This document shows, piece after piece, positions 63,625 to 64,000 of a stretch of 64,000 bases of DNA; the first letter of the stretch is position 1, and each line of letters opens with the position of its first letter. Position numbers and translations under genes: made by a program. Origin of the DNA: an uncultured Acidimicrobiales bacterium (GTDB taxonomy: Bacteria; Actinomycetota; Acidimicrobiia; Acidimicrobiales; SZUA-35); NCBI GenBank assembly GCA_937997485.1, contig CALKTH010000009.1, positions 187,538 through 251,537 of the forward strand, read 5' to 3'. The notes beneath the pieces are model-generated. The model ran no database searches. It was given only the letters and a program-made list of their open reading frames with translations, and was not told the DNA's origin.

Positions 63625-64000
63625 TCAGCTCGGCACGAGCACAATGCCCACCGCAGCCGAGACCAGCGCCACGAAGATCACAGCGTCGGCGAAGACCCAG
63701 CGGGGCTGCTGATACGCGATGCCGACCGACCCTCGCTGCTCGATCGCTTCGCCCAGCTCTCGTGCTCGCCGAACCGACGCCGCCGTCACTGTGGCCGCAA
63801 CATCCATGCCATCCACCAGGTAGTGGCGCACGTCGCGTGGGCCCTCACGTTTGGGACGAGTCCGCCACAGGGTCGTGACGAGTGCGAACTCATCGGCCAC
63901 CAGTGGCAGTGCCCGAACGGCAATGGTGAGGGCCGCTACGAGCTCGTCGATCGGCACCCGGACCCATCGCAACGGCCGCAACATCCACTCGGCAGCTCGA
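63625..64000 (-). CDS. ECF transporter transmembrane T component (EcfT/CbiQ), 3' part only
   Basis: LRPLRWVRVPIDELVAALTIAVRALP..RRARELGEAIEQRG (X-R-X motifs); runs off the window end. Confidence 0.8.
   Translation of the reverse strand, partial: RAAEWMLRPLRWVRVPIDELVAALTIAVRALPLVADEFALVTTLWRTRPKREGPRDVRHYLVDGMDVAATVTAASVRRARELGEAIEQRGSVGIAYQQPRWVFADAVIFVALVSAAVGIVLVPS

Noticed and set aside
63422-64000. Genomic island or prophage integrated at tRNA-Leu
   Set aside because: No integrase, no duplicated tRNA 3' end seen, and the flanking genes are housekeeping-type

Overview
Mostly a densely packed, housekeeping-like chromosomal segment from a high-GC actinobacterium. Gene content and acidic EEDAM and TTAP lipoprotein linkers suggest Acidimicrobiia; this is an inference. 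It holds about 60 CDS (two cut by the window edges) and one tRNA-Leu(UAA). I saw no CRISPR array, integrase, transposase or rRNA. Main blocks: a PspC-type two-component system with an FtsX-type ABC transporter and a PspC/acyl-CoA dehydrogenase operon (4.4-15.3 kb); a BMP-type nucleoside ABC operon with adenosine deaminase (30.5-37.6 kb); DNA repair genes (ung, ATP-dependent ligase, nei); a MacAB-like exporter with a peptidoglycan-binding adaptor (46-51 kb); and a secreted propeller plus 4xFN3 protein. The strongest signal missed by the ORF track is a probable selenoprotein at 43301..44374 (-). Two track ORFs join in frame through a single TGA in a WASW-U-G-C thioredoxin-like motif, and a SECIS-like hairpin follows. 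Other notable items: a 28-bp operator-like motif shared by two promoters around the PspC two-component system, an in-frame TAA inside the EEDAM repeat of the BMP lipoprotein, a class II aldolase lacking its Zn ligands, a PEP-utiliser/RPH-like protein without an ATP-grasp domain, a CoiA-like nuclease with no canonical start, a 7-mer microsatellite, and many apparent leaderless genes. All product calls come from motif recognition by eye; no searches were run.
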